The notes below the pieces were generated by a model. That model made no database searches and was not told the origin of the DNA. It worked only from the letters and a program-made list of their open reading frames with translations. Below are positions 21,739 through 32,800 of a stretch of DNA of 64,000 nt, in pieces; the stretch's first letter is position 1, and the number at the start of each line of letters is the position of its first letter. Location: positions 996-64,995 of the forward strand of contig CAYZAE010000012.1 of assembly GCA_964476125.1 (NCBI GenBank), written 5' to 3'. The position numbers were made by a program, and so were the translations under genes. Source of the stretch: an uncultured Verrucomicrobiota bacterium. Lineage in GTDB: Bacteria > Verrucomicrobiota > Verrucomicrobiia > Limisphaerales > CAIMTB01.

Positions 21739-23184
21739 ATGAAATTCCCATTTCCGCACCTCATCGGTTGGATGGTTCTGACGCTGCTGCTCGCGGGGTG
21801 CAAACCTTCCGGCGAAGATCCAGGCGCACAGGCGGCGCAGGAGCCCGTATCGGTGCCGGTGCCTGTGCCAGTGCCTGTGCCCGATCCCGAGCCGGCTCAG
21901 GAAGCGATCGAGTTGGTGACCGAGATTCCAGAGGAGGCCCCTTCCGTTGGTAATTCCAGTCCGGCTCCTGTGGCTCCCGGGGCACCGGGGACATTGGCTG
22001 CGGGCCCGAGGCCGGCCGCCACCGGCCTCCCGGAATACGAGCTGCGACTGGACCGTTCCGCGTGGCGGCGGTTGGGGCAGAATCCGTATGCGAACGACAC
22101 CTGTCCGGCGGTGTTTCTCGGGGGTGGGGAGACCTTCGAGGGGGCGCGGGTCCGGTACCGCGGGCAATGGGCACGATCGTGGCCCAAGAAGCCTTTGAAG
22201 ATTTTTCTGCCGAAGGAGAAGCCGTTTCAGGGATACGGGGCCTTGAACCTCAATTCCGCGTGGCACGATCCGGCGCTGCTGCGCGAGCCCCTGGCGTTCC
22301 ATGTCTATGCGGCGTGCGGCGTGCCCGCGCCCCGGGCCCGCATGGTGCGGCTGAAGATCAACGGCCAGTTTGAAGGCCTGTATGTCGACGTCGAGCAACC
22401 GAAACGACAGTTTCTTGAGCGCACAGGGTTGAAGGGGGCGGCGGTGTACAAGGCCTTGGGACGATCCAACCGATCGGACGAACGGGATCTCGGCGGAGCC
22501 GGTGTGTATGCCTCCGAGTACGAAAAGGAGACCCGGGAAACGGAGGGTTTCGGTGAGCTTCAAACCTTCTGCCACGCCCTGGCGACGGCGTCCGACGCGA
22601 AGGATTTTTTCGAGAAGCACGTCGATATCGATCGGTTGATCAATTATCTCGCGGCGGGGGTGCTGGTGCAGAACTGGGATTGCTTCAACAAGAACCATCA
22701 CCTGATCCATGACCGGGCCGGATCCGGGAAGTGGTTTCCCACGCCGTGGGACGTCGATCGCACGTTTGGCGACCACTGGTCGTGGTCGTTTGAAGTGGTG
22801 GATCTGCCTGTTCTGCTGGGCACCCGGGAGCAGCCTGGCGTCACCGGGTGGAACCGGCTCGCCGATCGGTTTCTCCGGGAACCTGAGTACCGGACCCGAT
22901 TTCTGAACCGCCTCGAAAGCCTGATTCAGACCGAATTCACGCCGGAACGGCTCTATCCGGTGATCGACCGGTGGGCGGTTGAGATCGCGGCGGATGTGGT
23001 CACCGACCGCGCAAAGTGGCGCGGCGCGGCGGCGAACTTCAACGGGTCCATCGTCCAGGTGAAGCGATTCATCGAGCAACGACGAACGCATGTCCGGCAG
23101 GAGATTGCCAGCTTGCGTCGGGGAGTGGCCCCCTCAGCCCAGCGTCCGGCAAAGCCGATCGCGCCACGTCGTCCCGCGGGTTGA
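21739..23184 (+). CDS. CotH kinase family lipoprotein
   Basis: 481 aa. Lipobox LLLAGC. CotH-type motifs LNLNSAWHDPALLREPLAFHVY, RLKINGQFEGLYVDVEQ, NWDCFNKNHHLIHD, TPWDVDRTFG. Confidence 0.85.
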   Translation: MKFPFPHLIGWMVLTLLLAGCKPSGEDPGAQAAQEPVSVPVPVPVPVPDPEPAQEAIELVTEIPEEAPSVGNSSPAPVAPGAPGTLAAGPRPAATGLPEYELRLDRSAWRRLGQNPYANDTCPAVFLGGGETFEGARVRYRGQWARSWPKKPLKIFLPKEKPFQGYGALNLNSAWHDPALLREPLAFHVYAACGVPAPRARMVRLKINGQFEGLYVDVEQPKRQFLERTGLKGAAVYKALGRSNRSDERDLGGAGVYASEYEKETRETEGFGELQTFCHALATASDAKDFFEKHVDIDRLINYLAAGVLVQNWDCFNKNHHLIHDRAGSGKWFPTPWDVDRTFGDHWSWSFEVVDLPVLLGTREQPGVTGWNRLADRFLREPEYRTRFLNRLESLIQTEFTPERLYPVIDRWAVEIAADVVTDRAKWRGAAANFNGSIVQVKRFIEQRRTHVRQEIASLRRGVAPSAQRPAKPIAPRRPAG

Positions 23185-23237
23185 AGGGGTGGGCCGGGAT
23201 TCACCCGATCGAGTCGGTCGGATCGAAGCGGCTCAGG

Positions 23238-23594
23238 TCAGTCCGCGTACCAGCGCATGACCTGGAGCGGGTCCCAGCGAAGCAACAGGAGCACCGCGCA
23301 GAAACTTGTGAGGGCGGTGAAGAGGACCAGGGACAGTGGGCGGCGTTCCGGGCGGTGCGTCACCGCGCGACCCACCAGGGCGAGAAGGGCGGTGAGGAAA
23401 AGTGGCAATCCGAGGATCAGCAGCAGCTCGGTGCCGCGGTAGAAGAAATCCACGAGCGGCCCGATGCTCTTGGGGTCGTCGAGGGACGGGCGTGGCCAGT
23501 ATCCCAGGCTGAGGCGGCCGGCGGTCCAGGTGGCGAGGAGGGCTGCGGGAAGCAGGATCGGGTAAGCCAGGACAAAGGCGCGAAAGGCGTTCAT
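23238..23594 (-). CDS. Hypothetical membrane protein
   Basis: 118 aa with 3-4 hydrophobic helices (FVLAYPILLPAALLATW, LLLILGLPLFLTALLALV, LFTALTSFCAVLLLL). No recognised family. Confidence 0.5.
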   Translation of the reverse strand: MNAFRAFVLAYPILLPAALLATWTAGRLSLGYWPRPSLDDPKSIGPLVDFFYRGTELLLILGLPLFLTALLALVGRAVTHRPERRPLSLVLFTALTSFCAVLLLLRWDPLQVMRWYAD

Positions 23595-23910
23595 GACAGA
23601 TCCTTGATTGGGATCAACCTAGGCGTTGCCTGGGACTCTGCCAATTGGGATTTCCCGGGCGCTTTCGGACACCGTGAATCCCGAAGTTGTTGGCAGCGGT
23701 TGTCGCGCTGCGACAACCCCGCCCGCGTTGAGCGGGCGGCAGCCGTGGGGATTCCGTCCTCCAGCCCGGGGTTGGACCGCGTTCGCGCGGGCCTACCTTG
23801 GGACCCTGTCCCCCCATGTCCCGATCCCTGAAAGGGTTTGGTCCGCACGCCCCCCACCCGCAGCCCACGCCCACGCCCACGCTGATATTCTTCCGAGGCC
23901 CATTTCTTCT

Positions 23911-24013
23911 CGCGCAGAGGCGCTGAGGCGCAGAGGTCCCGAGCAATCCATTCAAATCCGTTTCTTATCTCCCTCTCCTCCGCCTTTCCTCCGCGCCTCT
24001 GCGCCTCTGCGCG
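23911..24013. repeat. Inverted octamer-repeat hairpin element (GCGCAGAG units), downstream of the GNAT gene
   Basis: CGCGCAGAGGCGCTGAGGCGCAGAGG ... CCTCCGCGCCTCTGCGCCTCTGCGCG. The arms are near-perfect reverse complements. The loop contains GTTTCTTATC. Confidence 0.7.
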
Positions 24014-24073
24014 ATGCCTCTTCCCCCGCCGCCCGAACACCCCGACCCGCCGCCATCGCCTACCATCCCTGCC

Positions 24074-24643
24074 TCAGGCTCGAAGCGAGCCATTTCCTGG
24101 CGGACCAGGTGCCGGGGTGGGGGCGGGGAGCGACGGATTGCGGAGTTCGTAGGCATGCCATCGTTCGCCGCCGCCCGCGCCGCCGCCGCTGTGGGTGTGA
24201 ATCAGTCCCGACTTCTGGATGGCGCGGTTGGAAGCCACATTGTCGATGTTGGCTGCGGCGAGAATCCGAGTGAGGTGCAGGGTTTCGAAACCGTACCTGA
24301 CGAAGGCCCGGCCCGCCTCGGTGGCGAGTCCTCGTCCCCAAAAGGCACGGTCCAGGTAGAAGGCCAGCACGGCCTCTCCCGGGGCAATATCGCCGTGGCC
24401 CAGTCGATGGGGATAGAGACCGCAGCGGCCGATGTATCGTCCCTCCGCTTTGAGCACGGTGGCCAGCAGGCCGAGGTTTTTGGGGGGAAGAAGGTTCTCG
24501 CGGAAGTTTCGTTCCAGTTCACCCCGGGGGAGCACCGGTTGTGGCGCTCGAGAAAGGGGATCCGATTCCATGGCGCAGTAGGCCTCCAGATCGGCCGCGA
24601 GGTGCGGACGGAACAGCAGACGTTCAGTTTCGAACTGGGACAT
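24074..24643 (-). CDS. GNAT family N-acetyltransferase (RimJ/RimL-like)
   Basis: 189 aa. TERLLFRP at the N-terminus, acetyl-CoA site FWGRGLATEAGRAFVRYGF, and NVASNRAIQKSG. Confidence 0.85.
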   Translation of the reverse strand: MSQFETERLLFRPHLAADLEAYCAMESDPLSRAPQPVLPRGELERNFRENLLPPKNLGLLATVLKAEGRYIGRCGLYPHRLGHGDIAPGEAVLAFYLDRAFWGRGLATEAGRAFVRYGFETLHLTRILAAANIDNVASNRAIQKSGLIHTHSGGGAGGGERWHAYELRNPSLPAPTPAPGPPGNGSLRA

Positions 24644-24652
24644 GGGGCGTGA

Positions 24653-24740
24653 GTCGTGGGTCGTGGGTCGTGGGTCGTGGGTCGATTGGAGTCGGGAGTG
24701 GGGGGATCGGAGTTCGCAGTTCGGAGATCGGAGATCGGGG
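24653..24740. repeat. Tandem heptamer array (GTCGTGG x about 4.5) followed by GGAGATC x2, in the 5' leader of the GNAT gene
   Basis: Read directly: GTCGTGGGTCGTGGGTCGTGGGTCGTGGGTCG...GGAGATCGGAGATCGG. It starts about 10 nt upstream of the GNAT start codon (24643, minus strand). Confidence 0.8.
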
Positions 24741-24744
24741 GTGG

Positions 24745-25362
24745 TTAATGTGGGGGGAGGGAGGGTTCGGATCTCGGATCGCGGGTGTAGAGGTGGAGGA
24801 TGGCATGCTTGGGCAGGCGGAGGCGGGGGCCGCGAAAGCCGCGTCGGCGGAGTTCGGCACTGAGATAAGTCATCATGCCGGCGTGGGAGACCACCAGGGT
24901 GTCGACGGTGGATTGTTCGAGCAGGTCGGCGACGGCGCCGACGCGCTGGAGAAACTCATCACGGCTGGCGCGTTGGGACCGATGGCCGGTGAACCAGGCG
25001 AGGCGCACCATCCAGACCCAGACCGTCACCGGCAGCCGCAATCGGCCGGTGGCGAAGGTCTGAAAACCAGGTTCCCGTAGCAGGGCGGAGGTTTCGATGG
25101 GGCCGCGATGGAGTCTTCCGGCCGTGTCCAGAGCACGGTCCAGATCGCTGCTGAGGCAACGGGACCAGGGGATGCGGCCGGCATCCGCCGGACCGGGAAC
25201 GATGGGGGAGATGTCGTAGGCCTGCCGCCAGTCCTGGAGGTCCCCGGCGGTTTTCCAACCCGTGGGAAAGGGCATGGCCACGGGGAAGTGCCGGATCAAT
25301 CCAATTCGCACGGCTGGTTTGGAAACGGAATGGGGCGGCTCTGTTCGAGAGGAGGCTGGCAC
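24745..25362 (-). CDS. Histidine phosphatase (phosphoglycerate mutase-like) family protein
   Basis: 205 aa. The N-terminal IGLIRH motif (catalytic RH) and LVVSHAGMM (second His) are present. Confidence 0.75.
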   Translation of the reverse strand: MPASSRTEPPHSVSKPAVRIGLIRHFPVAMPFPTGWKTAGDLQDWRQAYDISPIVPGPADAGRIPWSRCLSSDLDRALDTAGRLHRGPIETSALLREPGFQTFATGRLRLPVTVWVWMVRLAWFTGHRSQRASRDEFLQRVGAVADLLEQSTVDTLVVSHAGMMTYLSAELRRRGFRGPRLRLPKHAILHLYTRDPRSEPSLPPH

Positions 25363-25417
25363 CGGAGGGGCGGGGGTGGTGGTCGGTTGTTCGGTTCTGC
25401 TGCGAACCAGGATTCCA

Positions 25418-26584
25418 TCAGGGCACCACCGACGCTCCTGGGGCGGGTTCGGTCACGAACACGCGCGCCTCGCGACCGGTGGCGTTTCGGTACCCTTCCA
25501 TCATGTGGGCGCGGAAATCCTCGGTTCGACCGGCCTCGACGAGATTCACGGTGCAACCGCCGAAACCGCCACCGGTCATGCGGGTGCCCACGATTCCCGG
25601 CGCCTTGACGGCGAGGTCGACGAGCAGGTCGAGTTCCTCGCAGCTCACTTCGTAATCGTCGCGCAGGCTGGCGTGGCTGGCGGCCATGAGCGGTCCGAAT
25701 CGGGACAGATCTCCCGCCTCCAGGGCCTCGGCGAATTCGGTGGCGCGGGCGATTTCTCCCACGACATGCCGGCACCGGCGTCGCACCACTTCCGACAACC
25801 CGCCGTTCGAGGCATTGAATTGCGCCGGGGTTAGGTCGCGCAGGGCGCGGATTTCCGGGAAGAACCCGCGCAGATGGGCCACGCCCTCCTCGCACTGCGC
25901 GCGACGGACGTTGTACTCGCCGCCGGCGAGTTCGTGCTTCACCCCGGAATCGCAGATCACGATGCGCACGGACGGTGGCAGAGGCACATGACGGTAGGCG
26001 AGGGACCGGCAGTCGAGCAGCAGTCCGTGCCCGGCGCGACCGTGGGCCGAGATGAACTGGTCCATGATCCCGCACTTCGTCCCGGCGAAATGATGTTCCG
26101 CGCGCTGGCCGGCGAGGGCGAGTTTCGCGGGGTCGACGACAATTCCCGAATGGGCGAGCAGGGCCAGACCGACGCTCATTTCCAAGGCCGCGGAGGAACT
26201 CAATCCGGCGCCATCGGGAACGTCTCCGGCGAACCAGAGATTGGCGGGGCGAAGGGAGTGTCCGTCGCGTTCCAATTCGAAGGCGATGCCGCGGACATAA
26301 TCCCCCCAGTGCCGTTGGCGGGGTTCGGGAGGAAGGTCCAGGCGGATTTCGATCGACTCGTTCCGATTGCCGGCGTGGACCCGAAGGGTGCGGCCTGGGG
26401 AGGAATCAGCGGCGGGGCCGATGGCGGTCCAGGTGGCGAAACCGATGGCGGCGGGCAGGACGAAGCCGTCGTTGTAGTCGGTGTGTTCCCCGATGAGGTT
26501 GACCCTGCCCGGGGCGCGGGTGACGAGGGCCGGTTCGCTGGAGAACACCCGGCGAAAACCTTGGACGGCGTCGGAACGGTTCAC
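25418..26584 (-). CDS. galK: Galactokinase
   Basis: GHMP kinase. GRVNLIGEHTDYNDGFVLPAAI is the galactokinase signature, with GAGLSSSAALE and MTGGGFGGC. ORF 25418..26785 has an implausible Arg/Pro-rich leader, so I place the start at GTG 26584 (388 aa). The start is uncertain. Confidence 0.9.
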   Translation of the reverse strand: MNRSDAVQGFRRVFSSEPALVTRAPGRVNLIGEHTDYNDGFVLPAAIGFATWTAIGPAADSSPGRTLRVHAGNRNESIEIRLDLPPEPRQRHWGDYVRGIAFELERDGHSLRPANLWFAGDVPDGAGLSSSAALEMSVGLALLAHSGIVVDPAKLALAGQRAEHHFAGTKCGIMDQFISAHGRAGHGLLLDCRSLAYRHVPLPPSVRIVICDSGVKHELAGGEYNVRRAQCEEGVAHLRGFFPEIRALRDLTPAQFNASNGGLSEVVRRRCRHVVGEIARATEFAEALEAGDLSRFGPLMAASHASLRDDYEVSCEELDLLVDLAVKAPGIVGTRMTGGGFGGCTVNLVEAGRTEDFRAHMMEGYRNATGREARVFVTEPAPGASVVP

Positions 26585-26815
26585 GCGCCCGATCGTGCCG
26601 CGGGTGGGCGGACCGGGCGAGTGGGATCGAGGGGAACGGGCTGGTCGGGGAGAACGCCTGCACGCCCGAACTTCCTGGGTCCCCGGCTGCCATCGATTCG
26701 CCTGCCCCTGCGCATCGTCATGCGTCACTCCGCGACGCCGACCAAAAACCCGCTCGAACCGTGGGGTGAACCCCACGGCTACCATCCTTCTGTCGTTCCG
26801 CGACTCCTGAAATTG

Positions 26816-29800
26816 CTACTTCACCGAGAGCGGCACGCTGCCGGAGTGGCTGTTGAATTCGGGGGCGTAGAGGCACTGCACGGAGGCCACGCCGGTGGTG
26901 TAGGCGCCGCGGTGTTGCACGCGGACGGGGTATTCGAAGACGTAGGTTCCCTTCGCGAGGTACCCGATGAAGAAGTGGCTGGCGGTGTCCCGCGTGCTCT
27001 CGTAGTAGCCGAGCCCGTCCTGGAAACGGTAGCCGGACAGCACGTTCACCGGTTCGGTGCCGCTGCCGCGTTGGTCCTTGAGATGCACGTACTCCAGATC
27101 GCGATCCACCCGGAGTTCGATCCGGATGACCAGTTCGTCCCCGACTTTCACCGCGCCCTTCACGGGCACGAGCCGTTGTCCGGCCTTGGTGGATTCCCGG
27201 ACGAAGGCGGACTTGGTCAGCTTCAGCGGCGTGCCGGCGAACGGTTTTACGCGGTCGAGATCCTCGAAGTACTGCCAGTGAACGGAGCCCCAGGAGACGC
27301 CGGTGTCGGTCTTGCGGACCACGATGTCAGCCTGTTTGGAGGAGACCTCGGCGCCCGGGATGCGCACCTGGTAGAAGCCGGTGCCGGCCTCCACGGCGGG
27401 GCCGGGCGTTTGGGTGCGGGCGTCCGCGGAGAGGCGATCCGACTTGGGCGATGCCTTGCCCGGGGTGATGGATTTCCCGCCCAGTTCCACCTCCACCAGG
27501 GCGTCGCTGCCGAGCAGATTGCGGCCGCCGAGCAGCAGGGCGTAGACGGCGTCGGCGGTGGCCTTGGTCGATTTCCAGGCCTGGGTTTGCTTCTGCTTGA
27601 GCAGCCAGACCTGGCAATCGTCGACGGCCTGGGTGTCGTGGGTGATCTTGGACAGCGCCTCGATCATGAGCGCCTGCGTTTCGATGGGGGCGCGATGCCA
27701 GGACCAGGAGAACTCCTCATCGCGCCAGAACCGGCCCAGTTCCTCGTTCACCACGCTGTGTTCGAGCAGCGATTTGACGATCGTTTGGGGCAGGGAAGCA
27801 GCGCTGGCGGGGGCGCGGTTGCCGAGTTTGGCGATGGCCAGGGCGATGTGGGCCTGGGATTGGCGGCCGACCTTGAGCCAGTGTTGCCGGGCCTGACCGA
27901 TCCAGTAATCGAAGGCCCCGGCGTGGGGTTCGGCGACCGGGTTGTCCGTGAGGAACAGGGTGCGGGCGTAGAGATAGAGCGCGACCGTGGCGTCGAGGTT
28001 CTCCTTCTCCAGCAGGTTCTTTTCCCGCAGCGCCTGGTAGCGGTCGTTCATCCAGCCGTCGAGTGCGTTGAGGGAGGCGAGGGCGGGTTGGACCTCGGCC
28101 TTCGCGCCGAGATCCCGGAGTCGGCCGAAGCCGGCGACGATGTAGAGCGTGATGTATTCGTCGCGGGGTCCGCCGGGGAACCAGGACCAGCCGCCTTCGG
28201 GCAGTTGCCGTTCGGCCAGTTTCTGGAGCGTCTGCTGGAGTTCGGACTCCAGTCGGGCGTCCTCGAAGAGCAGTCCGACCCGGCGGCGGGATTCGCTTTC
28301 CTGGTTGGCGTCGCGGAGCCAGGGCGTTTCCTCGAGCGCGATCGATTTGAGGTCAGCGTTCTTTTCCAGGGGACTATCGAGGGCGGGCGTGGCGCGCCAC
28401 TGATCGAGAATGCTGCGGATCTTGGGATCGCTGGTCGCGATGTGGCGGGCGAGCGCGTTGGCGTAGTAACGGTTGAAGATCTGTTCCGAGCACTCGTGCG
28501 GGTATTCCATCAGGTAGGGCAGGGCGAGCACGGCGTACCAGGCGGGCTGCGAAACCATCTGCACCGTGATGCCGTCGTGGCGCAGGGTGCGTGACCGCCC
28601 GGATTCCTTGAGGGCGGTGAAGGTGAACTTCCGGGTGGCGGGTCCGCGGATCGGGAGAGGCAGCGACTCGGTCAGGTGGATCCGGCGCGAGAGCACGGGC
28701 AGGTAACCTTCCTCGCCATCGCTGAGACGGTCGGTGGCGGCGACGGCCTTGAAGCGCAGGAAACCGCAGCCATCGGGAACGCGGAGACGCCAGGAGAGCG
28801 TCCGCGATTCCTTGGCCGGGATTTGAAAGCCCTGTTCCGGTTGCCGGTTCCCGAGGTCCTGGTCCGCGGACTGGCCGTCCTGGGCGAAGGTGAGATCGAG
28901 TCGGATGCGGCCGGTTTGCGGGTTGGTGGACTGGTTGGAGACCTTGACCGTGAATTCCAGTTCGTCGCCTTCGCGCAGGAAGCGGGGCGGGTTGGGTTGG
29001 ACCATGAGATCCTTGGCGGTGACCGTGGTTCCCGTCAGCAGCCCGGAGCGCAATTCGCGGTCATGCGCGAAGCCGAGAAAACGCCATTCGGTGAGCGCCT
29101 CCGGAAGCGTGAACGAAAGCCGGACCACGCCGTTGGAGTCGGAGGTCAGCTGGGGCAGGAAGAAGGCGGTCTCCTGGAGGTTCTGGCGGGCGGTGACTTT
29201 GGATGGATCGGGGCCGGGGCCTTCGGCGCCTTCGGCACCCGCGGCATTGGCGCGGCCTCGCCCCCCTGCGGCAGCGCCCTTGGCGCGAAGCATCGAGAGC
29301 TCGCCGTCGTTGTCGTAGTTCAGGGCCTTGGCGGAGGCCGGGGCGGCGGCCATGGCGGCAACCGGGCCGTCGGCGAGGGAAAAGGCAAACGAGTCGGCGA
29401 CCATTTCAGGTCCGCCGATACCCCGAAGGGTTCCTCGGCGGCTCATGAGTTGCGGGCTCATGGCGAAGCGCATCACTCCTCCACCGGTGAGTGCGTCGGG
29501 GAACCGGCGGTGGGAGACGCCCTGGGTTTCTGCCGGCGCGGGCCAGGTGCTGGACATCATAAGGAATCCGCGGAGCCCGTTGGCGAACAGGGAGTGGGCG
29601 GAAGACGAATAGATCGGCCAGAAGTGGAATCGTTCCGCCCAGCGATGGGGCCGGAACTGGTCGAGGGACGCGTCGTACAGCGTCGCGACGAGTTCGGCGG
29701 GAAGGACGGCTCCCTGGCCCTTGCGCGGTTTGATCACGGCCGTCCAGGTCTCCGGGGAACCGGGTTCCAGCCGGGACCGGAAGGTTTCCCAGGTCAGGTC

Positions 29801-32800
29801 GAGTTCCTTGTTGGACCAGGGGACGGTGATGGGGCGGGACTCGAGGTAACCCTGGTTGTTGCGCACCTGGGTGACGTGGAGGGTGAACCCGCCGCGCATC
29901 GCCTCGGTCACGGCCAGTCGGAGCGATTGCTGCGTGCGGCCAGCCGGAGTCCAAAACCGTTCCACCATCCGGTCGCGGTGTTCGAACTCGACGAACGCCC
30001 GGCCGGTTTCAAAGCCCGTGCCCCAGAGCGCCTCGAACTCCTTCCCGGGCTCGATCTCCCAGGCGGGCGCGGCCACCAACTGCGGGAGGTCCAGGCCCAG
30101 CCGCGGGGCGGCCGGGTCCAGGACGCGGATTCCAAGCATGGATTTGACGGTCTTGCCGAACCGATCCCGGGTCTCCAGCACGGCCCGGTAAAGGCCGGGG
30201 GCGAGTTCGAAACGGTTCGTCGTGGCTCCCGTGGCTTCGGTGCGGAAGGCCATTTCCGTCACCTTCTCCCCGAGCGGCCAGCGGTTCGGGTCGTTGGGGT
30301 CGGTCTGTTCATCCATTTCCACCTGGCCGCTCCGCGGACCGCTCCGGGGCGCCTTCGGAGGACGCGCCACGCGATGGATCCGGACCGTGCCCTCGGCCGC
30401 CTGCGGAGCGTCGTCCAGGGATTGGGTGGCGATGCGAATCTCGACCGCCCGGTCGCGAACCTGCCAGTCGGCGGCGGTCATTTCGACCTCGAGCGCCGTG
30501 TAGCCGATCTGGACGGAGCGTTGGGCGGAGCGGGTCTCGCCGGCGGCGTCGGTGACGTCGGCATGGACGGAGAACAGGAAGATCGGCTGGTCCGATTCCG
30601 CCACGGAGGCGTCGGGGGTGGCTTTGAATTCAATCGTGAAGGAGCCGTCGGTGCCCGCGACAGCGGTGCCATGGGCGATTTCCTGGGAGCCCTGGCCCAT
30701 CGGGCCGCCGTGTCGGAACCAGCCCCACCAGGGAGGGAACCGGACCTGGCGGGTGACCCGCCACTTCACCTGGGCGCCATCGACAGCGGCGCCGGTGTAG
30801 GCGAGGGCCCGGCCGGTGAGCTGCACCGCTTCGCCGAGACGCGGCGCGGCCTTGGGGGTGTCGAGGTCGGCGTGGAACTTCGGGCGTTTGTATTCTTCGA
30901 CCGACACGCCGATGGCGCCGGGGGCATCGCCTTCGACGACCAGGCTCATGGAGCCGTTGAGGCGGTCGCGGGGTGCGGTGAAGGTGCCGGCGAAGGATCC
31001 GTAGTTGTTGGCGCGGTGCTGTTGTCGGGCGATCTCCTTTCCGTTGGGATCACGGAAGATCACGGTGACGCTCCGGTCGGCCATCACCTGGTAGTTGGTG
31101 TTGGCGCGGTCGTGCCGGATGCTGATGCCCTTGTATTGGACGCTCTGGCCGGGGCGGTAGAGGGCGCGGTCGGTGAACAGCAGGGTTTCCTGCCAGCGAT
31201 TCGGGTTGGGCTGGGGGCGGGGCCAGTAGACGTCCTGTTCCAGCGACACCCGTTGGTCGCCCTTGCGGGCCTCGATCAGGTAGCCGCGATCTGATCTGCG
31301 TTCGCGGAAGGCGAAGAACCCGAGTTCATCGGTGGTCTGCGGATCGATGCCCACCCGTTCGCCATTGGTGCCGAGGTACCAGGCGCGGAGGGTGGCGCCG
31401 GAGACCGGCTCCCCGGAACGCGCGTCCAGCACGAAGCCCTCAAGGTTCCCCGCCCGGGGACGCACCACCAGCGCGAGGTCGCTGACCCAGACCGGGAACG
31501 AATGAAGCGCGTTGTTGTCGTCGGAGAAATCCGCCCGGTGACTGGCAAAGATCAGGTAGTAACCGGGAGCCAGTCCGTCGGGCGCGGGCAGGTCATGCCG
31601 CCATTCGCGGTAGTCGGTGGTCGGGGGCAGTTCCGCGTCCCAGGCCAGGGCCACCGGACGATTGAGGTACTCACGGCGTTGCTGGGGATTGAGGTTTTCG
31701 GGGCGTGGACGACGGCGATCGAGGAAATCCTCCCAGTTCACGGCGACGGCGCGGAACCAGACGTGGGTGAGGTTGCGGTAACGGACCTGGATGTCGGGGC
31801 GGGGATTGGACCAGACCTTTTCGGAGAGGAGGCTGGCTGACGGGGCCTGGATCTGGTCGATGAGATTGCGGCACCACGAGGCGCCGGCGGATCCCGGGAA
31901 GGTTTGGGCGCCCTGGCTCGCGACGCGGTGGGCTTCCGTGAACTTCTCCTGCCGGTGCAGGATCTGGGCCCATTCGTGATGGCCGAAGGCGGCGAGGTTG
32001 TTGCCGGCGGCGCGTTCGACGAAGTCCTTCAGAGCCGCGATGTGGCGGTCGTCCTTGTCGGGGCCGGTGGCGACATTGCCGGCGAACCGGATCCGTTCCA
32101 GGTCGGCATCAAGCCATGCGGAGCGGTCGGTGTCGGCCTGATGGAAGCGGAGCAGCGACTGGAATAGCCCAATGGCCTTCAGGGCGACGGCGTTGGTGTC
32201 GGTGGTGGTGGTGGCCGGTTTCCACGCCAGGAATTCCTCGGGCGTTCCCAGGATCGGACTCGCGGCCGTGGGAACGAAGGCATCCTCGGGCCGTGCGCCG
32301 GCCTGTTCTCCCGAGGCGTAGAACCCGATGGCTTCGTGGGTCAGGAAATCAAAGAGCGTGGGACGCTGATTGTCCGGGGCGGTGCCGCGTTCGAGCAGGG
32401 CGTCGAAATCGGCGATCGGGGTGCGTTGCAGCGGGCCGGGTTGGGCGAGCGCCAGGGAGAACTGGCGGTCGATCTCGGCGAATAGCCGTTTGAGGTCCCA
32501 GGTTTTGAAGTCCTCCCCTGCCGCGGCTGGGGTGGTCGCGGTGCGCTGTCGGATGCGCCAGTTGTTCTGCTGAAAATAGTTCCAATAGGCGCGTCCGAGC
32601 AGGGCGTGGAAGACGGGTTGGAGCGGTTCGGGCGCGGTGCGCAAGGCGTCGGCGAGGCGGGTGACGCGTTCCTCGGGACGTTGCCCCTGGATCTGGGTTT
32701 CGAGGGCAATCCCCCGCGCGATGGCCTTGGCGGCCTCCCCCCACGCCCGTTCCCGAAGTGCGGCTTCAGCGATCGGTTTGAGGCGGTCGGCGGCGGTGCG

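Noticed and set aside
24653-24740. CRISPR array (also considered for 33111..33224 and the octamer elements)
   Set aside because: Repeat units are 7-13 nt with no spacers, far too short for CRISPR. These are microsatellites or hairpin arms. No cas genes are in the window.
25874-31294. 906-aa and 872-aa plus-strand ORFs (25874..28594, 28676..31294)
   Set aside because: Antisense to galK and to the alpha-2-macroglobulin gene. Gly/Arg/Asp/Val-rich nonsense composition.
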